From Camelus dromedarius (Eukaryota), in NCBI RefSeq assembly GCF_036321535.1, contig NC_087436.1, forward strand, positions 15,252,001-15,316,000: a DNA stretch of 64,000 nucleotides, in the 5' to 3' direction. Both the position numbers and the translations under genes were made by a program. Positions within the stretch are counted from its first letter, which is position 1, and every line of letters begins with the position of its first letter. Shown here piece after piece: positions 12,379-24,260 of this stretch. Under the pieces are notes generated by a model. The model was not told where the DNA came from. It made no database searches and worked only from the letters and a program-made list of their open reading frames with translations.

Positions 12379-13519
12379 GGTGGTCGTGGGGTTCCCAGCA
12401 AATACTACTGATGGTGATGAGTCAGCTCCCTGTCAGTTTATGATACTATTTACCAACCATTTTGTCACATTTGCAAAGGGACTTTGGAATTTATCATACC
12501 ACAGTTGTCACACAGGACATCGTACAGGCAACAGATTGTAACATCAGAGTCCTGGTGCAGGTTGAACCTGGAGACAGAACTTGCTTGTTCGCTATCTTCT
12601 TTAAGCTGAAGGTTGAAAAAACAGCCATGTGCATTTGAGTGGTGTAAAGGTTAGCGGCCTGCAAGTTTGCTTTGTAGAAAGGAGGCTCTGTTTTAGAGGA
12701 GGAGAACGCTCCAGCTTAAGTTTCTGGCTCGCAGGGCTTTTTTACCCACAGGTTGGATGGTTATCTGCATATGCACTAAGTGTTGAGTCTCTGTTGCTTT
12801 AGAAAAGTTATTCCATTCTTCCTCAGAATAACTGATTCCCACCGAACCTATGGAATAATTAACAGGCCACCATTAGCTGAGAACTAGCCCCACCTGGGTC
12901 CTTGCCATGAGATAAACCACAGTGGCTAGAACTCACCAGTCAGTGGCAGCTGAGCGGGTTCATTCAATCTTGTTTGTTGGGACACTCTCTGTTGCTTTTC
13001 AATCCAGACCCAGCAGCTTGGCCCCCAGCATGGCAGCAGCGTGGCTCCAGTTGTTCCGAAGTGCTGGGAAGCAAGGGTCTGCCTAGAGTCCACGGGGGTC
13101 CAGCTTTCTGTGCCATCAGCATTTTATCAGCCCAGACCCATTGCCCGTCCTTCTGTTCCCCCACTGTAGGGCCACCGCGATGGCAGTGGAGACTGCATTG
13201 TGGGACCCGGGCGTGCCCTGGAGGGCACCTGGGGACCCCCAGCCTGCTTTTGGAATGAAGCTTAAAGTGCCAGGGGTTGTGATTCAGTGAGTTCCTGATA
13301 GTTTTGCTAATGAGCAGGGACTAGCTCAGCCTGGGTTCCTTCCCGGTGGACGTTTGCCCCCGTTGAGATCCTCCAAGCAGCCTTTTAGTTCGAATATGTA
13401 CCAGGGAGGTAGACGAAATGTTTCAAAGGTCATAATATCTGCCAGTGTGAACATTGAGTATGTGGTCGTCAGCTCACTAAGCTTTTTTTTTTAAATTAAT
13501 CTGTCATCTCCTTTAAACT

Positions 13520-13670
13520 TGATGATATTCATGAGAGATGGGTATAACTGTGCCTGTGTAGAGGTGAGGACTCTGAGGCTTAGAGAGGTTGGGCTGTTTG
13601 CCCAAGGCTCCCAGGAAGTGATCGCACTGGGAATGGAGCCCAGGTGTGTCTAGCTCAAGAAGCCCTTCCT
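13520..13670 (-). mobile_element. MIR SINE
   Basis: 'gaggtgaggactctgaggcttagagaggttgggctgtttgcccaaggc...ggagcccagg'. Confidence 0.65.
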
Positions 13671-15124
13671 TTAAGTGCTGCGTCGCTGGGCTTCCTAGTG
13701 CCAGCACGACAGTGCCACGGCTGCCAGAGGTAACAACCCTGAGAGCTGGGAGAGCAGAGCGTGGGCACGGTGCCTGCTGGGGGCACTGCGGTCCCAGACT
13801 CAGGCTGGAATCTTGTCCTGCCACTTCTAGCTGTAGAAACCCCAGCAAGGTGTTTGACTTCCCTGAGCCTCCCTTTCTGCACTTGCAGAATGAGGCCTTA
13901 AATAATTGTGTCTGCAAAGGGAAAGGAAGAAATCAAAGAAGAGAGGAAGGCATCCAAGTCATCCCAGCTGGGCTGCTGAGTGGGGAGAGTGAAGGAGGGA
14001 TGGCCTTGGGGGAGAAAACCTGGAGTTCCACCCTGGAAACATGAAGTGTGAGTTGCCTGAAGGGTGTCTGAGTGGCTTGGTTGTGAAAGCCGCTTTGTAG
14101 GGAACAAACGTGATCATGTACGTGAGTCGTGTCACAGGCCCTGGCAGATAGCCCGTGCTCATTGAGTGTCAGGTGCTTTTATTAACAATGATAAGTGGTT
14201 TTATTTTTACAAAATCACCACGCGTTTTGGATGAATAAGCTTTGTGAAATATGTTGAATAAAATGTGGCCACATTATTTATTTTCTTTTCTGTCGAGCCC
14301 TGTTAAGTTCTGGAGAGTATTCAGGGATCAGAATGAGACAGCTTAACATGCTTTCTCACCAGCCCCTCAGGCCCCTGCTGTTTACAGAAACAGTTTTCTG
14401 TCCTGATGTTATATTTCTGATGTGTGAGTGTGCTTTAGAAAAAAAAAAAAAAACCACACCATATCACTGTACTCAGTGGTACAGTTTTTTCATTTTGCTG
14501 TTACAAATCTCTACTTCTCGAGGGTGGAAACTGAGCTTGATAACGTCTCATGAAGAGGGAACGCAGGCCCTCCCTCGGGGTTGCAGAATGCACTGAAGCA
14601 AACCTGACTGGTGAGGCTTTTATGGACTTGAGGCAATTTAACTTAATTTGTTTAAAAGGTATTTTTGTCTTCACTGTCTAAAATGCCTTTTGCTAATGTT
14701 TGACACTGTGTTATACTGTATTTGAATCCAGGCAGGTGAACCTTCTCGCGCACACAGCACTGCGGGACGCTAAATGCGTCCTCTCAGACGTCTATGGAAT
14801 ATGGTCTTCTCTGGGAGAGACTGAAACTCATGCTTTTATTCCTTTTCCAAATTAAAATTCTAAATTGTGAAACGTGGTTTCATTTATAAAAGCAGGTGAT
14901 GTTCAGTTCAGGGTTTTCTGTGCTCAAAAAAGGTTACCTCCCAAGTGTTGAGATTTGATTGGGCAGAGCTCAGCAGACGTTGGAAGTTTTCCTTTGAGCT
15001 GACTGGGCCTTTCCGATGATCCCAGTAGATTTAGTCCTGTTCAGATCGAACTTTAGAACTTGTCAGGAACCCACCACGAGACAGTAAGGCATCTGCTTAC
15101 TCATCTCTTAGGAAGATACCAGGG

Positions 15125-17400
15125 CATTAATTTATCGAACAGTCACCACATGCCAGAGCCGGCTCCAGGTTCTGAAAGGAGCCATGAAAGAGACGTGGCC
15201 CGTGCTACCTCGAGCTTGTACTCATGAGGGGTACACGTACATTAACAAGTGGAACCAAATAGTTACAGTCATAAGTGCTTTAAGGAAGTAAAGGGCCCCG
15301 TGATGACGAGTAACGTCGGAAGGTGAAGGCCTCTGCAGTGACTCAGGGCCCCGCAGCGTGGAGCTGGAGTCTGAGCCTCCGAGGAAACAGCTCAGGCCGA
15401 GTCCCCAAGGTGAAAAGAAGCTTAGGATGTGCTTGGGGGTACACAGAGGTAGCAGGAGGCCCCCGGAGGGAAAGCACATTGTGCAGGGGAGCATGGCATC
15501 AGGTAAGACAGAAAAGATGCTGACATTACCGACAATGACAAGAAGTTTGGATTTCATGCCAAGTGCAGAGGGAGGTCATGGAAGGGCTTTTAAGCACAGG
15601 AACCATAGTCTGATATTTTAATGTTTTAGAAAACCACTTTGGCTGCTCTGTGGAAGGTGGATTTCAGAAGGGTAAGAGTAGAAGCAGAGAGACCAATTAA
15701 GAAGCTTTGGTGATCATTCAGATGGAGGACGATGCTACTGTGGACGGGGCTGGTGTCTGTGAAGATGGAATAATCAAGATGGGTAGATTCTGGGTGGTTT
15801 TTAGAAATCACAGGATTTGTTTACAGGTTGGTGTAGAAGGCAAGAGGCAGGAAGAAATCCGGGAAGCTTGAGGAACTAGTTGGTGGTGCTATTTACTGAA
15901 ACTGGGGAGATGGGGACAAGAATGGCTGTGGCGGGGGTTGAGGGGTGCAAATTCTTCAATTTTGGAAACTGAAATGCCTGTGACACCTCCAGACATCAGA
16001 GATCAGTGTGGACTCAGAGTAGGGGGTTCTGAGCTGAAGAGAGAAATTTAGGAGTTAACAGCACATAGATAGTGCTAAAAACCATGCACCCTTACAGAGA
16101 GAATGCAAGTAAAGAAGACAGTCCTGAGTTTGGTTGGGAAAAGGCACCAGCAGGTGGCATGGAAATAGTGTCCAGGAGGTCGGCGGACACTAGGTCACAG
16201 AAGCTGAGAGGGGGTGATATTTCAGGAAGGAAGGGTGGGCTGGTGCGTCACATGGCACTGAGGTGTCCAGCAGGGTGAAAACACAGCATGTCCTGGGTCC
16301 AGGGGTTGTTGGTGATTTTGACAAGGCCTTTTCAGAGAGATGGGGACAGAAGCCAGGCCCTAGTGGGTTTAAGAGCAAATGGGAGGTTAGATCATGGAGA
16401 TAATATGTCAACAAACAAACAATACTTGTTTGAGAGGATTTGCTGAAAAAGAAAGCAGAGAAATGAAAAAGAAAGCTGAATGATGGAGAGAGAATTGGAT
16501 TCAAGGGATAATGAGAACTGCTGTTGCGTGTGTATGTGTACGTGCATGTGTTGAGGGGATGCTGAGGAAGAGGGTTAATGACTGGTGTGGGAGAGAGGAG
16601 GTAGCTGAAGGGGTGATGTCCTCGAGAAGGCAAGAAGGCTGGTGATGTTAAATTTGGACCCCTGTCACAAGAGCCTCCCATTCTGGCCCTAAAGATAAGA
16701 TCAATTCAGAATAGACTGTAGTCAGGTGCTAAATTCTGTGCCCCTGATTGCATGTATTCTGATAACTCAGAGTCACCAGTGGAGGCTGGCTCGATGTTGG
16801 GGCTTTCCAGGAGAAGGTAGCAACACTTAGTGGGACCCTGAATGATGAGCAGAGGTTAAAGAAGGGACGGTAAGAGTGCTGATGAAAGCACATGGAATCC
16901 AGCAAGTAGACGGGGACTGGCACGCAGGAGCCCCCCTGTTTGGAGGGGGCTTTCTCACGGAATGGGCAGCGGAAAATGTGGGCGAGTCAGCCAAGACAGA
17001 TGAGGGCTGTTGAGTACCTACCAGGCAGAGGAGATGTTTGATCAGTGGGAGCTGGCTGTGCCCACAGGCAGGCACCCAGATGATGAAAACCGCAGCCACA
17101 CTGGGGGTGGCTGGATGAGGAGGGTTTGTTGCGCCCAGGGTCGGGATGCAAGATAACCCAGACTTGAAGTTCCGAGTCCTCAGGCGAGGGTAGCAGTGGT
17201 GGGAATGGAGAGGAAGTGACAGGCCTGAGGGGTGTTGGGGGAGGAACTGCCTGGATCTAATCAGTGTGACTGCCAAGGGCAAAGACAACAGAGAAGCGGG
17301 GGATAATCAGGGTTCCTCGCCCAAGGATCTGATGGCATCAGGAGTCGTTGGGACTTCTGAGATTCGGGGAAGCACACATTGTCCAGAAGGGGCTACAGGA
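15125..17400 (-). mobile_element. Long decayed L2 element
   Basis: Characteristic antisense L2 text: 'gaagggcttttaagca...ttttagaaaaccactttggctgctctgtggaaggtggatt...agaagcagagagaccaattaagaagc'. Distal boundary uncertain. Confidence 0.65.
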
Positions 17401-18630
17401 TTTTGTAAAAATGTTGAGAGGTCTGTGCTGCAGACCCAGTCATTTCTGGACTGAATGGCACCTTTCCCCTGCATGTCTGCGTGGGTGGCTGTCAGAGCTG
17501 CAGACTGGGAGAGACAGAGACCAGTTCCAAGGGTCTCTTTTTCTTGGCTTGGATTGATTTATACTCTTGTATTACTTTAATATGCTTTTGCTCTGAAACC
17601 CTGGGAAATGAATTTTGTTATTCAGCCCATCAGAACATTCCGATTTGGCAGATTCTTTTTCAGTTTAAAGACTTGCCTAAGAAAATAAAAATCCATAAAA
17701 ATCCCAACATTTTGTCTTCCCCTTTTGTTCTATTTTAAATATTGTAAATGAAATTGGAGAATAGAGAATTCAGCTTCCCTTTGCAGGGTGTGAAATGTGA
17801 TTATTTCTTGTCTTTCTCTCTCTGTGTGTCTTGGGATTTCGCCTCCCTCTCCTCCTGGAAAGCCTCTTAGTCCTCTCCACAAACCACCTGCTTCCTCAGG
17901 GGCTACTGCTCCCAGTCTGCAGGGACTTTCAGGGTCAGAGAATGTCCTCTGGGGCCCCCCACAGGCCGTCCCCTTCATAACACCTCTGTCCATCTGCTGC
18001 AGCAGCTCCTTACCACGTCAGGAAGGATCCAGAGTCTTGTTTGCAGAAGGAAGAGATTATTACAGTACCTGGCGGGAGGAGGAGGGGAAAAGCCCAGGTT
18101 TCTGGCTCCTACCCTTGAGCTGTAAATTCTCAAGGACTCTCTTATAAATCTCCTGGAATCGCTGTTGGAAATCCACATTCCAAAGGAGAGCAGCATAGGG
18201 TTATCAGACAATCATTTCTGAGGCCTTCCTCCCAACCCAGCTCTGACACTTTGAAAAAAAAACTTCAGAATAAAACTGCAGAGTAAACCTCCATTTTTAT
18301 AGTGTTGTTTTTCTTATTTGGCACACAAAAAATGAGATTTCCCCAGCTGGTATGTCCAGAATTTCTCCTGTCTTCTGCGGGTGCACAAGTGCACAGAAAT
18401 ATACAAACACACGTACCAGCACACTCCTCAGATGCCATAGGACTGTCCTTCTCATAAGTGGACAGAAGTACCAGCCATGTACTTCAGGACCAGCCATACC
18501 TCTCTGAAGTTAGGCTCTGTAACTAAACAGCAACTAGAGTTAGATATTGCACCTGGACACTCTCTTGCCTTAAAAAGACTGTGCTGCCTCAGAGAATTTG
18601 TAATGAGTTGTCTTTTTTCTCTCCTTCCAG

Positions 18631-18744
18631 AGGGCCAGTTGAGAGTGGATGCCAATATATCTGTGCATCATCCTGGGGAGCCTTTGGGTGTTCGAACAGA
18701 AGTGAAGAATCTCAACAGTGCCAGGTTCTTGGCCAGAGCAATAG
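18631..18744 (+). CDS. GATB: GATB exon 6 ([38 protein letters not shown])
   Basis: ctccttccag|AG ... ATA G|gtgaat; 114 nt; LRxDxNIS and EVKNLNS motifs. Confidence 0.97.
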
Positions 18745-18778
18745 GTGAATGTCAGCTGTTACTAATCATGTGCCTCTT

Positions 18779-19225
18779 TGTATCAGTTATCTGTTGCTGT
18801 GTAACAAGCACCTCTCCCCCCAACTTAATGGCTTACATGATAATATTTCAGATTTAGTTCTGTGGGTTGGGTGGTTTCGCTGCTGGTCCTGCTGCAGCTC
18901 ATTACTGTGGATGTGGGGAGCCAACAGCTCAGTTGAGATGAAGGGTTCAAAATGACCTCACTCACGTGTTGGGGCCTTGGTGCTGGACATCTGCTGGGTT
19001 TCTCTGCCTCACGTGATTTTCTTCATTCCCTTACCTCACTTGGGTCATCTTAAGTGACAGAGGGGGCTTCCCAGGAGGGTGAAGGCAGATGCCCCAAGAC
19101 CTCTTGAGTCCTCAGCTCTAGAACTTGCACAGTGTCTCTTCCAGCACATTCCATTCAAAGCAGATTCAAGGGGAGGGGAAATAGACTCCACCCCTATGGG
19201 AGGATCTGCAGAATTCTGCAGCTCT
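18779..19225 (-). mobile_element. MLT1-type (MaLR) solo LTR
   Basis: Begins 'tgtatcagttatctgttgctgtgtaacaa...aacttaatggctta'; ends 'ggggaaatagactccacc'. Confidence 0.65.
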
Positions 19226-19560
19226 CTTGTTCCAGGTACCGCGCTCTTGAGCAGCCTGAACTTTAGAGTCATATTTGTTCCTTACAGGTTGGCCCCAGTT
19301 TGACCCAGTTGGTCAGTATGTTTTTCTGCTTTTTATTGTTTTAACTAATTGGTTTCTTGGGCCTATGTAATCAAGTATTGGTCTTGCTGGAGCACACGCT
19401 GTGAATATTTCAGTGGTGATGGATGTATACTAAAAATTAAAACAGAACAGTTGAGCAAGATAAACATCTGGGGCAGTACCAAAGAAGCTGATGACTGACT
19501 GTGAGGGGAGGACATCTCCGAGGAATGAAAATATTCTGTGAAAGCAGAGGTATCTGGTGT

Positions 19561-19683
19561 GGGCGGGGAGGGTAGAGCACGTGCTTAGCATGCATGAGGT
19601 CCTGGGTTCAATCCCCAATACCTCCATTAAAGAAATGAATAAATAAACAACTGAATTACCTCTCCCCTCCAAAAAAAAAAAAA
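19561..19683 (+). mobile_element. tRNA-derived SINE, camelid Vic-1-like, nested in an L1 3'-end remnant (~19400-19735)
   Basis: 'ggtagagcacgtgcttagcatgcatgaggtcctgggttcaatcccc' contains a Pol III B-box (GGTTCAATCC), followed by an AT-rich tail and poly(A). The downstream 'tatgtcaattatatctcaataaa' is an L1 3' terminus. Confidence 0.75.
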
Positions 19684-20674
19684 GGATACAGTGCTGTATG
19701 TCAATTATATCTCAATAAAACTAGAAGGAAAAAAATAGTGGTTTTTTTTTAAAACCAAAGGTGTCTAGAGAGGAAGAGAGAGACAAGGGAAGAGGTGGAG
19801 TTTAAAGAGCAGCCTTCAGGGTGCACAGAGCACGGGGCAGGTGGGGGTGTCGTCACAGCCAAAGGGCTAGTAGAGTCCTGGGTGTTAATGATACCACGGA
19901 AAAGATTTTCTAGTCTGGTATAAAACCTTATTCTGTTGAACCTAAAATGATCAACTAGCCTCAGTGAAGACACTCTTGAGTCCACGAATTTTCAGGAAGA
20001 AGGCATTAAAAAGGTCAAAGGGTTGACTCACAGGCGGGGAAGTTGCCCATATGAAGGTAGACTAAACAGGGTGGTCTCTTCTGTCTCTAAAAGGAGACAC
20101 AGTCTGTATTTCTGAAGCCGTGAAAGGTTTGGGTCAGGAAAAACCCTTACAGCTCAGGTTTGTGAGGGAAAAGCTTGGAGCCGATGGAAGGAAGATCCAC
20201 TTCACCGTGTAGGTGGTGAGTGTTTTGGAAGTCATTATTCTGAGAGGTGATGGTAACCTAAAAAGACAAACAGCAGGGTTTTAGGTAGACTCACGCCTAA
20301 TGAGTTTTGAAGGAGACCCCGCCCTAACCCTCTGTTGTCCTGCGAGGGACCCTTTGGAGCAACAAACGATCTGAGACATTCTCCCTGTGGTCAGACTCAG
20401 ACCGGAAGGCCCGGAGCTTTATGTTAGGGGCTTACTTCTCCAAGCCTGTAATTTTTCCACCCAGTTTTTCTCCCTCCGTCAGGCCTTTTGCCACCATCTT
20501 GGTGTTGCTGCTTTTTGTCAGCTCAGAAAAGGGTTTGGATTTGGGCCAGGGAAGGTGATGTCTGCAGGGTGGGGAGTTCAGGTGGCTGGAGGCTGAAGCT
20601 GTTTTCATAGAGAAGCTCAGCTTGTTTGGATGACCAGCTTTGCCCTGTTTGGCGGGAGGGAGTGTGACGTAGAG

Positions 20675-20848
20675 CAGGGCCTGTTAAGCATTTGGGACCA
20701 TAGATCCCTTTGAGAATATAATGAAAATTCTGGACCCTCCCTCCAAGGAGGTGTACATATGCACACATCTGCATTTTATATATGATTTCAGGAGGTACCA
20801 GAACCCCTTGAAGCCCATCCATGGATCCCGGGATAAGAACTCCTGATA
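20675..20848. mobile_element. hAT-Charlie-type DNA transposon remnant
   Basis: 'ccctttgagaat...atttcaggagg...gaagcccatccatggatccc...taagaactcctg' resembles short Charlie elements; family uncertain. Confidence 0.5.
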
Positions 20849-21167
20849 AGCAGCAATCCAAAATCTGGAGTCACTTGGCCTACATACTGGTCCTAGCCCT
20901 TCTTCTGCCGAGTTGTTTAATCTGTACTGGTCATTTAATCTCTCTGAACCTGAGTTTTCTCAAAAAGTGAGGGAGCAGGACTTCCTAAAAGGCCCTTCCC
21001 AGCACTGTTATCCTGACAGCAAGAAGAGAATGTGGCATATGTGGGAGGAATGACTATAAGAAACTCCCTTGATTATTTTTTGACATAAGGATTGAAAGAT
21101 TTCTAATTATTGCTGAACTGGGTGGAAGGACTCAAAATATGATACTAAACTACTATTTTTTTTTTAG

Positions 21168-21252
21168 ACTATGAAATTCAGAGGCAAATCAGTGAACTGG
21201 AGAATGGAGGTGAAATTCTGAATGAAACACGCTCGTTCGATTACAAGCTGGG
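21168..21252 (+). CDS. GATB: GATB exon 7 ([29 protein letters not shown])
   Basis: ttttttag|AC TAT GAA ... CTG GG|gtgagt; 85 nt. Below the ORF-track cutoff, translated by hand. Confidence 0.96.
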
Positions 21253-21886
21253 GTGAGTTCTCATTGACAGCATCTTAAACACAGGTAGATGGGGCCCCAG
21301 CCTGGGTTCACCACAGTCACCTTGGAGAAGGTACTTAGCTTCTCTGCACTTTGCTTTCCTCATTAGTAAAGTTAGGAAAATGCTGTACGGGGATGTAATA
21401 GACCCTATAGGGCTGGTGAGAGTTTCACCTGACCGAACCAGTCACAGGTCCTGGCCCTTCCCCAGCTTCCAGTTTATATCCTTTGCACCAAGAATTTTTA
21501 CTTCCTTAAATTCTATCGGTCCTAAGCTCTGCCATTTTAAGCTAGAGGTGGAGGGAAGCTCAGAGCTGGTTGTAGAAGTGCCTTCTTCTGTTTGGATAAC
21601 TCCGAGTCTCATTTTCTGACTCTGAATTTTAAGGGTTTTATACACTTAGCAGAAGACTGAGAAGAAATGTTCAGAAGCTTGGAGTTTGAGCTGTTAAATG
21701 TTAGAAACATTGAAATAATTTATTTTCTTTTTAAATTATCATGCTAAACATTTCTCTTTCTTTAATATTGCTGAAATGTATTCACATAAATGTCTCCCAA
21801 GAAAGGCCAAGATGCTGGAATCTCCTGTCATCTACTGATTGGGGAATCCCTGTCTGCATATGCACTTGCCAATGCTACATGCAGCC

Positions 21887-21912
<26 letters not shown>
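21887..21912 (+). repeat. T26 homopolymer
   Basis: Direct count; ends 26 nt before exon 8. Confidence 0.9.
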
Positions 21913-21921
<9 letters not shown>

Positions 21922-21938
21922 TGATTTAACTGTCACAG

Positions 21939-21983
21939 GTGCACCGTGCCGATGAGAGACAAAGAAGGAAAACAAGACTACAG
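21939..21983 (+). CDS. GATB: GATB exon 8 (CTVPMRDKEGKQDYR)
   Basis: tgtcacag|G TGC ... TAC AG|gtgatt; 45 nt; MRxKE and DYR motifs. Confidence 0.96.
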
Positions 21984-23129
21984 GTGATTACTCCTCTTGT
22001 CAAAATACCATTTTGCATTCGGGGTTGGGGCTCATTTCAGATCCACTTGCAGACCAACGTGATGATCCTAGGAACCCCTTTTTGTTGTTGCATGATGGAA
22101 AATCTAGACTTCCTATTTTATGTGTATACTGAGAGAAAGAATATTTCTTGGACTTGGTATCGTTGGAGCATCTTACTTGACATAGTTCAACAGTTAGAAA
22201 ACACTGTTCACTCACCTCTGTGTCAGAGTTGTTGCAGTTAAGCCCAGAGGATGGCAGCTGAGGGTGGGGCCTGGGCTGTTCTTACTTCATATTCAGTGAC
22301 AAATTCAGTAACACACTGAAAGTCTTTGAGAAGATAGAAAAAAGAGATGTTTATGTTAATGGCAGTTCCCTTCAAACCTCAGGTGATGCTATTTGATTGA
22401 TAAATTTAACAAATCAGACTTAATATGAGGTCCAGAAGTAAAGCAAATAATAAGGATAGCTTAAGAGCAATGGAACCTTTCATTTCTTGCCTGTGTTGAG
22501 TTTAGCAGGCTGCAGAAATTGAAGATTTAAGCAACAGAGTTGTGGAGATTGGCCCACCTTTCCTATGCAGCGTGCAGGGAGATGTCAGAGTAGCCATTGC
22601 TGTTGATGAGGAACAGACGTAGCATTGGGATGTGGGGAAGCAGCAGCTCATAAACCCGCAGGGTGAATGTCACCTCGGGGACTCCCCTCGTGTGTCCATC
22701 AAAGTCACCCTTGCTGTTACTCTGATCTTCTAGGTTCAGTCTGTTCTTCCCAAGAACTTTCTTGTTCTCCAGTGTTGCCCCTACTGTGTTTTTGCAACTT
22801 TCTCTCTGAGCATGGAGTTTGGCTTTTAGCTCAGCCGATGGCTTCAGCTCAATCCCCCAGGTGAATAGATGGGATTCAGGAAGCCTCCCTTTGGTTTCCT
22901 CTTGCCTTCAGAATTCAGACTGATTCATAGCACAGATTTGGCGTCGAGGTGATAGGTCGCCTGCACGTCTGATCTGTTGCCTTGGAGCTGCCATTTATTC
23001 TGCATTATCCTGCTTCTGCATAAGCCCTTTGACAAGTATGGGCTGAGAGAAACGTTAGATGCTGGAATAGAACAAAGGGAAGGTCATCTTTGTTTCATAA
23101 GAGTATATGCAGTGGTGCGGCTTCCACAT

Positions 23130-23237
23130 TTTTGAAAAAGTTAATTGACTTTTTTAGAGCAGTTGTAGGTTTACAGCAGAATTGAGTGGAAATTACGGTT
23201 CCCATAAACTCCTTGTTTTATGCCATGAACTTCCTCC

Positions 23238-23335
<98 letters not shown>

Positions 23336-23590
23336 ACACACACACACACGGATTCCCCTGATGACATCTTGCGTTAGTGTGTAGTGTGGTAATGTTTGTT
23401 AAAATTGATGAGCCGGTACTGATACCTTACTATTAACTGAAGTCCGTGCTTTACATGAGGGTTTGCTCTTTACGTTGTACATTCTCTGGGTCTTGACAGA
23501 CGTGTAATGACATGTCCCCACCGTTACAGTGTCACGCAGAACAGTTCACTGCCCTGAAAATCTCCTGGGCTCTTCCCCTCCCACCCTCCC
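23130..23590 (-). mobile_element. Old L1 (L1MC-like) 3'-end fragment interrupted by an (AC)n array
   Basis: 'tttttagagcagttgtaggtttacagca...attgatgagcc...tattaactgaagtcc...gaacagttcactgccctgaaaatc'. Confidence 0.65.
23239..23349. repeat. (AC)n microsatellite: 48 perfect units, a 1-nt slip, then ~7 more
   Basis: Direct count: pure AC at 23239-23334. Confidence 0.97.
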
Positions 23591-24070
23591 TCCCTCTCCC
23601 CTTGTGTCTATATTATGTTTAGGCAAAATCCATTTTTTCTTTTTCTTTTTCTCTGACTTTTCATTTATTCCACAAAGATTGCTAGAAGTTTTGAAAATAT
23701 AAAAATGGAGGACATTGTCTTTCTTCCTAAAAATTGTTCTCAAGTTGGTCCTGTTTCTTCCCGCCTGTGTCTTTGTGAATATGTACTTTATCCACAGCTA
23801 TAGATCACAGCACAGCTTCAACCCCGTCTTGCGCCTTTTTCACTCAGCGCTAGTTTGGAAACATGGAGAGAAGGGGGTTAGATCGTTTTGACTGTACTTT
23901 ACACCCATACAGGGGCTAGTTCCTAGGAAACCAGGAGACTTGACATGCGGGGTTAGAAAATTTTTGCAAGTGGCATGGCTTCTAGACACAAACCTCCGTG
24001 TTGATGACAGGTGGGTTTCCTCTAAGCAAATGAAGTACTCAGCGGCAGGCCGTCTCCTCTCTCCGCCCAG

Positions 24071-24260
24071 GTTCATGCCGGAGCCCAACCTGCCCCCGCT
24101 GCTGCTCTATGACTCGGCGTCCCTGCCTGCTGGCGCAGACCCGCAGCAGGTGATCAACATTGACCGGATCCGGGAGCAGCTCCCTGAGCTGCCCAGCGTG
24201 ACTCGGGAGAAGCTGGTGCGACGGTACGGGATGCTGCCAGAGCACAGCTTCGCCTTACTG
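24071..24260 (+). CDS. GATB: GATB exon 9 ([13 protein letters not shown]...LPELP...[12 protein letters not shown])
   Basis: ccgcccag|G TTC ATG ... CTG|gtgggt; 190 nt; FMPEPNLP and LPELP motifs. Confidence 0.97.

Noticed and set aside
19561..19625. Possible tRNA gene (B-box GGTTCAATCC)
   Set aside because: No A-box/D-arm and followed by a SINE tail and poly(A); it is a tRNA-derived SINE.
23186..23377. ORF with a THTHTH repeat
   Set aside because: Translation of the (AC)n microsatellite.
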